DNA from: Candidatus Latescibacterota bacterium
Lineage (GTDB): Bacteria > Latescibacterota > UBA2968 > GCA-2709665
Length of the DNA stretch: 64,000 nt
NCBI GenBank assembly: GCA_963662665.2
Contig: CAXXJS010000030.1
Coordinates: 74,008 to 138,007, forward strand
Direction of reading: 5' to 3'
Shown: positions 20,966 to 31,746 of the stretch, one piece after another
Numbering within the stretch: position 1 is the stretch's first letter
Layout: every line of letters begins with the position of its first letter
Position numbers and translations under genes: made by a program
Notes under the pieces: generated by a model
Databases searched by the model: none
Seen by the model: the letters and a program-made list of their open reading frames with translations, nothing else
Told to the model about the DNA's origin: nothing

Positions 20966-23900
20966 TCAGATTGTCAATCCGAAGTAGATGCGGCTCTTGT
21001 CTATGTCGACGCCCTGGATGCGCTGGCGGGTGGGAAAGGCAATCTGAAAATAACCGTACATCGGAAGTCTGTAGTTGGTGAACATCTGCATCCGGAGTTC
21101 GAAGCCCCAGTCGGTGAGGAACGCGGAGCGTTTGAACCTGTCGTCGGAGTCCAGCAGGGCGCGCAGGCTCTCGAAATTGCCCGTGGCGCCGGTTTCCACG
21201 AAGAGGGTGCCGTAGACTTTATCGAAATGGAATGGAGGCAGTTCTTTCGCCGCGTTCTTGAAGATGGGAAACGTCAGGCTGGCCCTCGCGAGCAGGGCTT
21301 TCCCGCCGGACGTGGAGAAATACGGGTATCCCCTGAGCGTGCCAATTCCGCCAAGATAGTACCGCAGTGGATAATAGAATACGCCTTCCGCAGACGAGGT
21401 GTTCTCCTGGACGTCTTTTATGGGTTTGTCTTTGTACGCAAGAAAAGCCTGGAGGGCAAACGTGGCTCGCCCGGGAAGGCCGATGAATTCATTCCACGAC
21501 ACAATGTATTCGTTGATACCCAACTTTGTCGGGTCGGACCGGTACGTCGTGGCGGCAACGCCGTCCTGGTTTAACTGGGTCTGAAATAGCGAGTCAGTAA
21601 CGGCGGCGTTGATCCGCCGGTATCTCAACGTGATTGCCCTGCCCCGGGAGGGGTTCACGAACATATCTTTTGAGGGCAGGAAATTGAGGTATCGCCATCC
21701 GACGGCAAGGTCGTTACTCTTGAAGAAGCTGAGGTCCCGGTAGAGGAAATCGTCGAATACAACCTCATCTTCTCCAAGTCCTGGAATCTGGTCGGTAATA
21801 TCGGTGATGACGCCGCTTCTGTTCTGAACCAGCCGCGTGCTGTCCAGTATGACCTGGTTCGTAAAGGTGCTCTCCTTGTACTGCCGGCGGCTGTACGTTA
21901 TCGAAAGCACCTGACGCCTGCCGATACTCGCTTCAACGCCCATCACAAAATCGTTAAACATGTTTTTGTACGTGTCTTCCTGGGAGAGCGAGAGATTGGT
22001 GAAACTGGTGACGCCCGGTACCAGCCGCAGTGTGTCGTCAATTACGATCTGCAGCGTGCCCGAAGTGGTGTCCCGGCGGGAGTCCACGATGCCCCGATCG
22101 ATGAGGCTGTTGATGGTCTGCTGGCTGGCGCCTATGAAGAACCTGGGGGCGTAGGTCCGGTCTTCCGTGTGAACGGCGGGCAGGCCCTTCGTGTAGAACG
22201 CGGAAAAATTGGAGTTGAGGTCCACACCCTTCTTCAGGTTCTTGCCGACCGTAAAGCCGGTGTAGATATTGTCGCTTCCCAGGAGGTCTCCCCACGTGGC
22301 TTCGGCGCCGACGCTGAGCTGATCCAGTCCGAACCGATTGCCGATGAAGGTCGGTCCCAGCACCAGAATGGGCACAACCCCTATAGAGGCCAGGCGGGGG
22401 GCGTACCGTCCGGTATTGAACAGGTCGCCGACTTTCTTGCCCTTGTAAATGCTGCTATAGTCCCGAACCAGGGAATCGGGCGCCGCGGCCGCAACGGCGC
22501 CCGATTTCCGTATGCGGTAGATGTTGTAATTGGCTGCGTGATAGCCGGAATAAAGGATCTCGTCGCCGCCCGGCGAGACCGAGGGCGAAAAGGCGCCGCC
22601 GATGACGTTCGTGAGCTGTTCCTGTCTGCCCGTCGCAAGGTCCAGGGCGTAAAGGTTGAAGATGCCCGTCCGGTCGGAGGCGAACACGATTCCGCCGCCG
22701 CCGGGCTGCCAGACCGCGTCGCGTTCATCGGCTTTGGTATTGATAATCACTTCGAAGCCCGCGTTGTTGGCGTAGGCAAGGCTGTCTGGAAAGGCGACCA
22801 TGCTGTCCCGGCTCGCGGCTTCAGCCAGCGCGAGGCTGTCCGCCTCCGCCTGGACGCTATCCACCCCGGTTTCGGCTTTCTTCCTTGCGGCGATGCGCTC
22901 GGCCAGTTCTTCTCTCCCGGTTTTCTTCTTGTCTGTTTTCTTCGGCCGCGGGGTGGCGTCCGCACGGATGACGGCAAGGTCCCGGTCTTCCCCTCGGAAG
23001 ATGCTGAAAAGGAGTCTGCCGCCGTCTTCCGACCACCGTGGCGTGTAATATTGTGTGCCGTTGTTGTTATTGGTCAGATAGCGGACCTCTGTGCCGTCGA
23101 CGTTAAGGATGCCCAGGTTGGAGGTCCCGTCCCGGTTGCCCACGAAGGCGATCTTCGTGCCGTCGGGAGACACCGCGGGGTCTCTTCCTCTCAGACCGAC
23201 CGTGAGCCGGCGTTCTTTTCTCGAGATGAGATCGTAGATGAAGATGTCCCAGTTGCCCCCTGTGGATCTGCTGTATACCAGGCTGTTTCCATCCGGTGTC
23301 CAGGAGAAAGGCAGGTTGACGTATTTCCCGTATTTTCGGCTTCTGGCCACCCTGGTTAATTTTCGCGTGGTCAGATCCATCACCAGCATTTCCATGAACG
23401 CGTAGTCGCTGCCCTCGTTGCTGATGAACGCCATTTTCGTGCCGTCGGGCGAGTAGGTGGGGAAGTGTTCCACGTTACCCCGGTCTGAGATCAGTTCGCC
23501 CTCCCGTTCTCCCGCAGCGCGGATGGAATCGGCCAGAGCGCCGTATTTACGGCTGAGATGCCCGGCCCATTCGTCGTACAACGTGGGAGCGGAGATCCCG
23601 GTGCTCTTCTTGACGGCGGATTTGAAGTTGAATATGGGCCGGTCGCGGGACATGGCGCGCACCGAGTCCGCACCGTAGGTGTCGGCCAGGTAGTTCAGGA
23701 ATGCATAGCCCTGGTTGTAGACCTGTTCCGACTTGAAGCCGTCTTTACCGAACACACCCATGTTCGTATAGGAAAGCAGGTCGTTTTCAAGCGTGGCCAT
23801 CCTGAGAAGCATATCCCGGTGGGTATCCCAGAAGTCTCCCCCGTACTTTTCGGATTCAAACTGGGCGATGCCTTCGGCGTACCAGTTGGGCATCGCGGAG

Positions 23901-24532
23901 TGGTAAAGAGGCAGAAAGAAACTGAAGTCAGGATTCTGGTTGGAGCGGCTGCTCCCGAGCAGGCCGAATACAAAGGGAAGGCTGTTGTGCGAGGATTTGA
24001 GCGTGATGTGGTGGGTGAGTTCGTGGGTGAAGACGTCGCGCACCCAATCGTGAGTGCCTCGCGAGTCCCAGTTGAGTGGCGAGGACCCGAACGAAATGAG
24101 ATTGCCCAGGTAGAATGAAGAAGCGTTGCCCAGTATGTCTATATCGGAAACGACCACGTGTATCGGGGCGTAGCGTTCTATGGAACCCGGATAGTGGCGT
24201 GAAATCTTCTCAAAGATGTCGTCCGCAATTTCTGCAATGCGGCGGGCCGTATTCTCGGCTTCCGCGTAATAGATGGCGAAGTACTTCGTGCGGATTGCCC
24301 GTGCGCCCGGGACATGAAGGCCGAGAAGAGCCGGGAAGAAATGACGCTCGTGTCTTTCCCAGGTGTAGTCGGGCATGGTGCGGTTTAAAGGCACATCGGC
24401 AATGTCGACGGTGGGACCCTGTTTGAACCTTTTGGGGAATTGCTGGGCGTTGGAAGGGGAAAGAACACCAAACGAAATGGCGATTAAAATCCCGCTGAAG
24501 AGGCTGATGGTAAGGATCGTGGATCGGTTCAC
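20966..24532 (-). CDS. Secreted/outer-membrane protein: gluzincin-like peptidase + TolB/PD40 beta-propeller + C-terminal beta-barrel-like region
   Basis: Signal-like N-terminus after a GTG start with AGGAG RBS. HELTH...AEGIAQ, repeated SPDG motifs, YLGG..TLRGY and terminal YFGLTI (BamA/TamA-like). Confidence 0.7.
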   Translation of the reverse strand: MNRSTILTISLFSGILIAISFGVLSPSNAQQFPKRFKQGPTVDIADVPLNRTMPDYTWERHERHFFPALLGLHVPGARAIRTKYFAIYYAEAENTARRIAEIADDIFEKISRHYPGSIERYAPIHVVVSDIDILGNASSFYLGNLISFGSSPLNWDSRGTHDWVRDVFTHELTHHITLKSSHNSLPFVFGLLGSSRSNQNPDFSFFLPLYHSAMPNWYAEGIAQFESEKYGGDFWDTHRDMLLRMATLENDLLSYTNMGVFGKDGFKSEQVYNQGYAFLNYLADTYGADSVRAMSRDRPIFNFKSAVKKSTGISAPTLYDEWAGHLSRKYGALADSIRAAGEREGELISDRGNVEHFPTYSPDGTKMAFISNEGSDYAFMEMLVMDLTTRKLTRVARSRKYGKYVNLPFSWTPDGNSLVYSRSTGGNWDIFIYDLISRKERRLTVGLRGRDPAVSPDGTKIAFVGNRDGTSNLGILNVDGTEVRYLTNNNNGTQYYTPRWSEDGGRLLFSIFRGEDRDLAVIRADATPRPKKTDKKKTGREELAERIAARKKAETGVDSVQAEADSLALAEAASRDSMVAFPDSLAYANNAGFEVIINTKADERDAVWQPGGGGIVFASDRTGIFNLYALDLATGRQEQLTNVIGGAFSPSVSPGGDEILYSGYHAANYNIYRIRKSGAVAAAAPDSLVRDYSSIYKGKKVGDLFNTGRYAPRLASIGVVPILVLGPTFIGNRFGLDQLSVGAEATWGDLLGSDNIYTGFTVGKNLKKGVDLNSNFSAFYTKGLPAVHTEDRTYAPRFFIGASQQTINSLIDRGIVDSRRDTTSGTLQIVIDDTLRLVPGVTSFTNLSLSQEDTYKNMFNDFVMGVEASIGRRQVLSITYSRRQYKESTFTNQVILDSTRLVQNRSGVITDITDQIPGLGEDEVVFDDFLYRDLSFFKSNDLAVGWRYLNFLPSKDMFVNPSRGRAITLRYRRINAAVTDSLFQTQLNQDGVAATTYRSDPTKLGINEYIVSWNEFIGLPGRATFALQAFLAYKDKPIKDVQENTSSAEGVFYYPLRYYLGGIGTLRGYPYFSTSGGKALLARASLTFPIFKNAAKELPPFHFDKVYGTLFVETGATGNFESLRALLDSDDRFKRSAFLTDWGFELRMQMFTNYRLPMYGYFQIAFPTRQRIQGVDIDKSRIYFGLTI

Positions 24533-24690
24533 GTGCTTCTCCTGGACTTCGGTGGTGGAATTGGACGGCCTTCGTGAAGTTGAACCGGCTGCCAGGGCCC
24601 GGGTCGACAGCCCTGTTTTGCCCGCGACGGTCACGGTCTGGCCGTAAAGTTACATTATTAGACCTCCAAAGACAACTAACGGTTCCAAGA

Positions 24691-25680
24691 TCATGGCATC
24701 GGGAGGTGTTGCCGGGTCCGCAGGATACAGGCGACGCTGCGGTTCCCGCCAATTTCAAGCAGTTCGGGCACGATTTTCGTGCAGGCGTCTTCGCGCTCCG
24801 GGCAGCGGGGATGGAAAGGGCAACCCTGAGGCACATTCGACGGGCTGGGTACGTCGCCGGTGAGTATCGTGCGTTGTTTCTTTACGCGCGGGTCCGGCAC
24901 GGGAACGGCCGAGAGCAGGGCGCGGGTATACGGGTGTTGTGGATCGCTGCAGAGGGTGTGGCTGTCCGCAATTTCCACGATTCGCCCCAGGTACATCACC
25001 GCGATGCGGTTGGAGATGTGTCTGACAACGCTCAGGTCGTGCGCGACGAACAGAAAGGTAAGGCCGAACCGTGCCTGAAGATCCTGGAGAAGATTGATGA
25101 TTTGCGCCTGAATGGATACATCCAGGGCGGAGACGGGTTCGTCCGCGACGATAAATTCCGGATTCACGGCAAGGGCCCGGGAAATGCCTATGCGCTGGCG
25201 CTGGCCGCCGCTGAATTCGTGGGGATACCGGCGCGCGTGGGCGGGACGGAGACCAACCGTGTCCAGAAGTTCGGCCACCCGCTCCCTCGTATCGTTGCCA
25301 TTGGTGAGTTTGTGGATTTTCAGCGCTTCGGCCAGCATCCCCCCCACGGTCATGCGGGGGTTCAGCGAACTGTAGGGGTCCTGGAAGATGATCTGCATAC
25401 GGCGCCTCAGGGCGCGAAGTTCGGAGCGGTTCAGGTTGAAGACGTCGAGCCCGTTGAACAGTACGCGACCCGCGGAGGCCTCGATGAGCCGAAGGATCGT
25501 TCTTCCGGCGGTGGTTTTGCCGCAACCGGATTCTCCCACCAATCCCAGGGTTTCTCCCCGTAGAACGCTGAACGAAACCCCGTCTACCGCCTTCACGTAA
25601 CCAACGGTCCGGGAGAAAACGCCGCGGGTGATGGGGAAGTGTTTCTTGAGGCCGTGTACTTCGAGCAATGGCTTGGACAT
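24691..25680 (-). CDS. oppF: Oligopeptide ABC transporter ATP-binding protein
   Basis: [26 protein letters not shown]-terminal CPFHPRC. Confidence 0.92.
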   Translation of the reverse strand: MSKPLLEVHGLKKHFPITRGVFSRTVGYVKAVDGVSFSVLRGETLGLVGESGCGKTTAGRTILRLIEASAGRVLFNGLDVFNLNRSELRALRRRMQIIFQDPYSSLNPRMTVGGMLAEALKIHKLTNGNDTRERVAELLDTVGLRPAHARRYPHEFSGGQRQRIGISRALAVNPEFIVADEPVSALDVSIQAQIINLLQDLQARFGLTFLFVAHDLSVVRHISNRIAVMYLGRIVEIADSHTLCSDPQHPYTRALLSAVPVPDPRVKKQRTILTGDVPSPSNVPQGCPFHPRCPEREDACTKIVPELLEIGGNRSVACILRTRQHLPMP

Positions 25681-25690
25681 ATCGATCCGA

Positions 25691-26680
25691 TCACGTCGCG
25701 GGAGAGGGATTGTCTTCGACCATCCAGCACGCTGCGAGGCGGTTGCCGGCGGCCGGTTCCAGGCGAGGCTCGTCCGTTTCACATATGCCCTCGGCCAGCG
25801 TACACCGGGGAGCGAACCGGCACCCCGGCGGGAAGCGCGTGGCGTCCGGAACGGTCCCGGGAATAACGGAGAGCCGGTTTTTTTCTTCGTTGAGCGAGGG
25901 AATGGACTCCAGCAGCCCTTTCGTATACGGGTGCTGCGGGCTGGTGAAGATTTCATCCACGGTTCCGGTTTCCACGATCTTTCCGGCGTACATGACCGCC
26001 ACGCGGTCCGCGACCTCCGCGATGACGCCGAGATCGTGCGTAATCATCAGGACGGCCATCCCCAATTCTCTTTGCAGCCGGTCCAGAAGTTCCAGAATCT
26101 GGGCCTGAATGGTCACGTCCAGCGCCGTGGTGGGTTCGTCTGCGATGAGCAGTCCCGGATTGCAGCAGAGGGCCATGGCAATCATCACCCGCTGGCGCAT
26201 GCCGCCGGAAAGCTGGTGAGGATATACGTTTGCCCGTTCTCCGGGATCCGGTATACCCACCAGGTCAAGCATGTCCACGGTCCTGGCCCGGGCGGTGCCT
26301 TTACCAACTCGCTGATGGAGCATAACGGCTTCGTCAATCTGGTCTCCGCAGGTGAAGACCGGGTTGAGGCTTGTCATCGGCTCCTGGAAAATCATCGCGA
26401 TATCGTTGCCTCTTACACCCTGGAGTGCCGCCTCGTCCAGACGCAGAAGATTCCGTCCGTCGAACCGGATCTCCCCCGATACGATTTCACCCGGTGGTTC
26501 GGGAATCAGACGCATAACGGACAGAGACGTGACGCTCTTGCCGCAACCGGACTCTCCAACCAGACCCAGTGTCTCCCCCCTGTCGAGGGTGAAGGAGACC
26601 CCGTCTACGGCTTTGGCGATCCCGCCGTCCGTGTAAAAGTGTGTCTTCAGATCATCGACGGTTAATAGAGGTTCCGACAT
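25691..26680 (-). CDS. oppD: Oligopeptide ABC transporter ATP-binding protein
   Basis: [32 protein letters not shown]. Confidence 0.92.
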   Translation of the reverse strand: MSEPLLTVDDLKTHFYTDGGIAKAVDGVSFTLDRGETLGLVGESGCGKSVTSLSVMRLIPEPPGEIVSGEIRFDGRNLLRLDEAALQGVRGNDIAMIFQEPMTSLNPVFTCGDQIDEAVMLHQRVGKGTARARTVDMLDLVGIPDPGERANVYPHQLSGGMRQRVMIAMALCCNPGLLIADEPTTALDVTIQAQILELLDRLQRELGMAVLMITHDLGVIAEVADRVAVMYAGKIVETGTVDEIFTSPQHPYTKGLLESIPSLNEEKNRLSVIPGTVPDATRFPPGCRFAPRCTLAEGICETDEPRLEPAAGNRLAACWMVEDNPSPAT

Positions 26681-26789
26681 AAATCCGACCGTAAGTTGAA
26701 CGTGCGTTTATTTCAAATGCGCCGCGAAACGGATTACCCCGCGTGTCCGTCAGAAACACCGCCGATCGGCAGTCGACCACCTGGCCGGG

Positions 26790-27533
26790 TCAGAAAAGCG
26801 GCGGATTCAGATTCAGCCAGTCTTCCAGAAGGAAGTCCACCCGGCCGATCAGCAGGGAGATGCGTGCCATCACGGTATAACCGAATGAAGCGCCGAATGA
26901 AACCATGAGGAAATAGATGCCAACCCTGGAGATGCCGCCGACGACCCCCTTATGCTCGATGGAGAAATAAAAGTAAATGAGTACGCTCACCACGCCGATC
27001 AGGATGATCGCCGGGTTCAGCACAGCCCATCCGAAGTCCGTCGATGCCTGAGAAAACGGTCCGATTGTGGGTTCGATCTGCTCGATGATGAAGGAAGCAA
27101 CCCGCCGGGGGATGGCCAGGCCGGCGCCGAGCCCCACGAAAAAGGCAAAGGAGATGCGGCTTAGCCAGACTGCCCTGCCGAAAAATCGGGTCATCAGAAA
27201 GAGACCGAGGCAGGCCGGAACGACCACCCACCAATTGACGCCCGCGCCAGGCGGTGGACGGAAGAGGGGATTGACGACGTCCACGAGAATGCTCTGATAC
27301 CAGACCAGGGCCAGTTCGTAGGCGGCGACGACCCCCACGTAGAGGTGCTCGGCCAGCTTGAAGAGCGGATTGTCCCGGTACAGGAAGCTGTAAAGGGCGA
27401 GCGTGATTCCTGCCGCGAGGATAACTCCGAAACCGGACCAGCTTGCATCCAGGCTGCCGACGGCCAGCAGATATCCGTTTACGATGGCGAAGAGCAGAAT
27501 AAAGATCGGGAAGACGATGTGTTCTCTGGCCAT
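26790..27533 (-). CDS. Uncharacterised polytopic membrane protein (GlmL/DUF6754 cluster)
   Basis: 247 aa, ~7 hydrophobic segments, YSFLYRDNPLFKLAEH, FGASFGYTVMARISLL. Confidence 0.8.
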   Translation of the reverse strand: MAREHIVFPIFILLFAIVNGYLLAVGSLDASWSGFGVILAAGITLALYSFLYRDNPLFKLAEHLYVGVVAAYELALVWYQSILVDVVNPLFRPPPGAGVNWWVVVPACLGLFLMTRFFGRAVWLSRISFAFFVGLGAGLAIPRRVASFIIEQIEPTIGPFSQASTDFGWAVLNPAIILIGVVSVLIYFYFSIEHKGVVGGISRVGIYFLMVSFGASFGYTVMARISLLIGRVDFLLEDWLNLNPPLF

Positions 27534-27548
27534 GCAGGTGTCCCTTTG

Positions 27549-27759
27549 GAAGCTGTTTTATAATCCCCAGCGGTCTTCGCGCGGCTGCAAAAGCGCCGGT
27601 CAGCGTTGGTCAAACCCACCCGTATTGAGAGGTCGAGGCTGCGCTCGCTCGCCTCTCTTGGGCAGCTTCGCCCGTCGGCGCTGCGCGCCCCTCGCGCCTC
27701 ATAACCGACACCTTTTCGCTCGCGCTCGGGAACTCACCGGTAAATTTAAAACCAGCTTC
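27549..27759. mobile_element. MITE-like element (211 bp) with terminal inverted repeats
   Basis: GAAGCTGTTTTATAAT at the left versus reverse complement GAAGCTGGTTTTAAAT at the right. Non-coding, inside an otherwise compact operon. Confidence 0.55.
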
Positions 27760-28587
27760 TTACGAGCGTGAGGCGCCGCGGTGCAGAAAGTAGACGACGT
27801 TTCCCAGCAGGATGAATCCGATGATAACCATATGCGCAACAGACTGCGGGCGCATGCCGCTGACCGCCAGCGCCCGCTTGCCCACCAGAGCTTCGTATTC
27901 CGCAGCGCCCGCAAGCCCTCCGATAAGTCCGTTGAGCTGCCGGGACTGAAGGAAGGGAAAGAAATCGGGCGCCATCACGGCGGTACAACCGGCCCCAAGG
28001 GGAAACCGGTATCGTTCCTGCCCGTACGCGATCCATTCGTCGACGCCGGGATACCCGGCGGCCAGGTCGACCACGTAGTCGAAATCCTTCAGGGAGAAAA
28101 GTTCGCGGGTGAGGGACATTTCGGTGGTGGAAACTCCCCGGATGTCTTCGGGAAACGCGGCGTGCAGATCCTGCCCCATGTTCAGGATAAGGATCGGGCC
28201 GCCGGCCTTGAACCCGAGGAATGCATAGTCAGTACCGTTAACCCGTCCGTATTCTTCGGCCGCCGTATCAAACGCCTGCATCGCGAGCCCCACGGCCTCG
28301 GTGATGAGGGTCACGCCCACAACACGGATGTTCCGGCTGAAGCAGTGTCGCAGAATGGCGAGGGCCATGGGCTGAAGTTCCGGTTGCGAACTCGGGCCGT
28401 AGTCGAAGGAGATGAGTACGACGGCATCCGGCTTTCCGGCCAGGCTCTCCACGGTGTCGTAAACCGCGCGCACGTTGGGCGTGGCTTTGATGGGCAGTTC
28501 GAAGCCGATAAGCAGCGGAATACACACCGCCAGAAATACGGCCAGGTAGATGATGCGACGGTCGATGTTCAGAAGGCGCTCGATCAT
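27760..28587 (-). CDS. Uncharacterised membrane-anchored protein (GlmL/DUF6754 cluster)
   Basis: Likely start MIERLLNIDRR with ATGA overlap at 28584-28587. N- and C-terminal TMs flank an alpha/beta domain with GLIGGLAGAAEYE. Confidence 0.8.
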   Translation of the reverse strand: MIERLLNIDRRIIYLAVFLAVCIPLLIGFELPIKATPNVRAVYDTVESLAGKPDAVVLISFDYGPSSQPELQPMALAILRHCFSRNIRVVGVTLITEAVGLAMQAFDTAAEEYGRVNGTDYAFLGFKAGGPILILNMGQDLHAAFPEDIRGVSTTEMSLTRELFSLKDFDYVVDLAAGYPGVDEWIAYGQERYRFPLGAGCTAVMAPDFFPFLQSRQLNGLIGGLAGAAEYEALVGKRALAVSGMRPQSVAHMVIIGFILLGNVVYFLHRGASRS

Positions 28588-29240
28588 TGTCCTTCCTCTC
28601 CTAAATAGGACCTTTCGATGCCGAAGATGATGCGCAGGGCCGTGGCGATGGCGCCGAGGCTCACGCCCAGCAGGATGCCGCGGCGGGCGGCCAGGTTGGG
28701 TGTGGCCATCAGCCACTGGGAGATCGTGGGCAGGTGTTCCGAGATGAGGGCGCCGATGGGAACCCGGCCCAGCATGACGAGCAAGGCGGCAACAAGCAGC
28801 ACAACGGCCTCGACCGAACGCGCGCGAAAGGTGCGGTAGGCGGCCGAAGCGATAAAGAAGGCGAGGAGAGAGAACATGGTGGCCCCGCCAGCCACGTGGA
28901 TGTGTGTATACATCCAGTTCAGGTCCAGGCCGTCGCCCTGTGCCATTGCCTGAAGGGGTCCACGTCCGTGGTTGTAGACAGCCAGCAACGCCGTGACGAT
29001 AAATCCGACGAACACGACTGCGCTGAACGCCCACCCGGCCTGTTTGCGCTTCACCCGGTTCCAATGCATCTGCAACAGGCTGTGAATACCGAGGAACAGG
29101 GCGAAGGCGGCGATGATCCGGTACCAGGTGGAGGTTGTGATCTCAACCGGCTGGGCCACGGGAATATAGTAGGTGAAAATGCCGATGACACCGGCTGTAA
29201 AGGCCACGAGCAGCGGCAGGGAGCGTTGGAGGAAATACAT
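28584..29240 (-). CDS. Uncharacterised polytopic membrane protein (GlmL/DUF6754 cluster)
   Basis: 218 aa hydrophobic; FSLLAFFIASAAYRTFRAR, LRIIFGIERSYLG. Confidence 0.8.
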   Translation of the reverse strand: MYFLQRSLPLLVAFTAGVIGIFTYYIPVAQPVEITTSTWYRIIAAFALFLGIHSLLQMHWNRVKRKQAGWAFSAVVFVGFIVTALLAVYNHGRGPLQAMAQGDGLDLNWMYTHIHVAGGATMFSLLAFFIASAAYRTFRARSVEAVVLLVAALLVMLGRVPIGALISEHLPTISQWLMATPNLAARRGILLGVSLGAIATALRIIFGIERSYLGEEGQ

Positions 29241-29323
29241 TCGGGTTTCTCCGCACGAAATGGCTGATGAATGGTGACGTATTTCCGGGACGGGTCATTG
29301 AGATGGACGCTCTAACGACCTTG

Positions 29324-30505
29324 TCATCCCGGGATCGGCCAGAAACCGATTCCGGCCAGTACCGATCCCAGCGTCAGAATGAGGATCAGGATTCCCTTCC
29401 CCAGATCCTGCCCCTTCAGGCTTCCCAGAAGTTTGGGGTCTCTTGATAGATACGCGCTGGCGGCGTAGAGTTCCTCCCCCATCAACGTATAGTCACAGGT
29501 GGTGATAAAGAACGGAAGCTGTGTATAGGCGTCGGTCGCGGCGATCTGGATGGCGCCGGTCGTGGATCCGGTCTCTGCCAGGAGCAGGGCTTCCGCGTAG
29601 AAATATCCCATTAGTAGATTGGCTGCCGGCTTCTCCCGGACCATCAGGCCCTCCAGCGCGGCCGCGTAGCTGAACTGATCGGCGGCCGCCAGAAAGACGT
29701 TGTCCGGATTGAACGCGTCGGGTCGCCCGGCCTCGATGCAGGATTCCTTGACCACTTCCTGGCTCACGGACATGACAATCGGGTCCCGGTTGCCCACCTT
29801 GAGCAGCGTATCGTATTCGGCGGTTCTTTTCGCCACCTGGCCGAGAATATTCACGGCGGCAATGGTGGAGGGACTGCCCATGTCCTGCAGACCGTGGATG
29901 AAAAGCACTGGTTTTCCCATTTCGGTTGCCCGGCCGAGTGCTTCGTCCAGAGCGTCCAGACCGGCCAGCCGGCGGATATAGAGGTTCTTGCGTCGGGCAA
30001 TCCGGATATAGACGAGGATCATTATGGAAAAGAGTGCGGCCAGTGCGAAATTTGGGAGCTTGGTCCAGTTGAAAAAGTTGCCGCGAGCCTGCGTCTCGAC
30101 AACCGTGTGGCCCGCGCCGTGGACTCCGAGACGAATGAAATAGGGCCGGTTGTTCTCAATCCTGATGCGGTCCCGTTTGTCAGGAACGCGGTAGGACTCG
30201 ATGTGGACGAAGTGACGGTTGCGGCTTTCCTCCCCCCTTCCGAACGTAGCCGGTTCGTCGGCCATCGTGGGAGCCGTTTTCGGATCCAGTTCCGCGATGT
30301 TATAAAATACGCCGTCCGCCGATTGGGAGATGCCGATACGATAGCGGGCGCTGTCCGGCAGGAAGTCGTTTCGGCGCCAGGTGAGCGTGATGCTGTGACC
30401 CTGGTCGTTGGGCGTGTCGAACGCCCGAACGTCGGCGGGTACCTGATCCGCCGCGGCGGGCGCGGCGGCGATGACAAGAGCGTAGAGTAAGAATAGATGC
30501 GCCAT
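29324..30505 (-). CDS. DUF6754-like membrane protein with an N-terminal fibronectin-III-like extracytoplasmic domain
   Basis: Signal peptide, PADVRAFDTPNDQGHSITLTW, TM, then IRRLAGLDALDEALGRATEMGKP...QLPFFITTCDYTLMGEELYAASAYL. Confidence 0.7.
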   Translation of the reverse strand: MAHLFLLYALVIAAAPAAADQVPADVRAFDTPNDQGHSITLTWRRNDFLPDSARYRIGISQSADGVFYNIAELDPKTAPTMADEPATFGRGEESRNRHFVHIESYRVPDKRDRIRIENNRPYFIRLGVHGAGHTVVETQARGNFFNWTKLPNFALAALFSIMILVYIRIARRKNLYIRRLAGLDALDEALGRATEMGKPVLFIHGLQDMGSPSTIAAVNILGQVAKRTAEYDTLLKVGNRDPIVMSVSQEVVKESCIEAGRPDAFNPDNVFLAAADQFSYAAALEGLMVREKPAANLLMGYFYAEALLLAETGSTTGAIQIAATDAYTQLPFFITTCDYTLMGEELYAASAYLSRDPKLLGSLKGQDLGKGILILILTLGSVLAGIGFWPIPG

Positions 30506-30558
30506 TTCGGGTCTCCAGGCGGTCTTTTCAGGCCCGCCGGATTTAAGACTGCTTCTTA

Positions 30559-31680
30559 TCACGCTTCGATCCTTTCGGCGTTTGCGCGCGGTATCACCGC
30601 CTGTTGTCCGTTCTCGAACCTGACTTCCAGGACGCGTACCCGGATTTCCGATTCGACGGCTGCCAGTTCGGAAGGCAGAGCCGTGATCACGCCGGTCTTT
30701 CCAAAATAGGGCGCCCGGATCGTCCGGATCGGGTCTCCGATGGAAAGGCCTTCCAGATCGGCTGAATCCTCGGACACGGTGGAAACTCGCGGGTCCGGAA
30801 CGATGATTTCCGGACGAAGCACGCCGGCACGGATCTGGGTTGCGCCCGAGATCGAGGCCTCGTTGCCGTTCCTTTCGTTCAGGATGTCGAAGGTCTTCCG
30901 GGCCATCGCGATGTCGCCGAATCCTTCGGTGACCACGACGGTGAGGCCGATGTCCTCGGTGCCGGTAATGGCGACGCCGAGGTCGTAACCAAGCAGGTTC
31001 CGCAGGTCGTGGTCGCGAATGCCTCCGCCAATGAGGCCGGCCACGCCGATTTCCGCTGCGCGCCTGATGAGATCCAGGGTAACGAGGCCCCCGGCGACGA
31101 GAATCTTCCCTGCGCAGGACGCGTCGATCCGATCTTCCGGGAGCCGCTCGTCGGGGGTTGCGGCAAGCGTATGGATCGGACCCCAGCTTTCGCCGCCAAT
31201 GCCGAAAATACCCTGAAGAAAGGCGCCCGCGGTTTCAATTACGACCCCTTCGCCTGGTATGGTTTCCACGACGTCACCGTCCACGTATGCCCGTACCTGA
31301 ACGGGACGCGGTGGGCCGCGCAGGATGACCTGACCGGTCACGGGCGATACGCTTTCCACCGTGCCCGTGACGGGCGATTCCACCGTGGTTTTGAACCACC
31401 TGATGAACGGCCTGGTTTCGGCAATGGGTTCCCCGGCCCGGACCGGCTCTCCGTCTTTTTTGAGCATGAGGGTCGGAAGTTCGTTGGGGGTCACGCCCAG
31501 CCGGTTGACCAGGTTCAGCGGGGTCACGTCGCCCGGAAGATCCGTCCGGGCGACGACCCGGTCGCGCAATACGGATTCACCTTCCGAAACCAGCACCTCT
31601 CCGGCCAGCGGCAACTGGCGAAATTTACGTATGGTGGCCCTGCGGGTAACGCGCAGGCCCGGGGTGTATGTATGCGCCAT
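30559..31680 (-). CDS. Uncharacterised protein with a barrel-sandwich hybrid (biotinyl/lipoyl-like) motif and a C-terminal KOW-like motif
   Basis: KKDGEPVRAGEPIAE...ESPVTGTVESV; IGDPIRTIRAPYFGKTGVI. Confidence 0.65.
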   Translation of the reverse strand: MAHTYTPGLRVTRRATIRKFRQLPLAGEVLVSEGESVLRDRVVARTDLPGDVTPLNLVNRLGVTPNELPTLMLKKDGEPVRAGEPIAETRPFIRWFKTTVESPVTGTVESVSPVTGQVILRGPPRPVQVRAYVDGDVVETIPGEGVVIETAGAFLQGIFGIGGESWGPIHTLAATPDERLPEDRIDASCAGKILVAGGLVTLDLIRRAAEIGVAGLIGGGIRDHDLRNLLGYDLGVAITGTEDIGLTVVVTEGFGDIAMARKTFDILNERNGNEASISGATQIRAGVLRPEIIVPDPRVSTVSEDSADLEGLSIGDPIRTIRAPYFGKTGVITALPSELAAVESEIRVRVLEVRFENGQQAVIPRANAERIEA

Positions 31681-31746
31681 GGCTTCTATTTAACGTGGCC
31701 GGCATGTCGCGCCGGCGGCTGTTAGGACCTTCGGCGTGTCCCGTTC

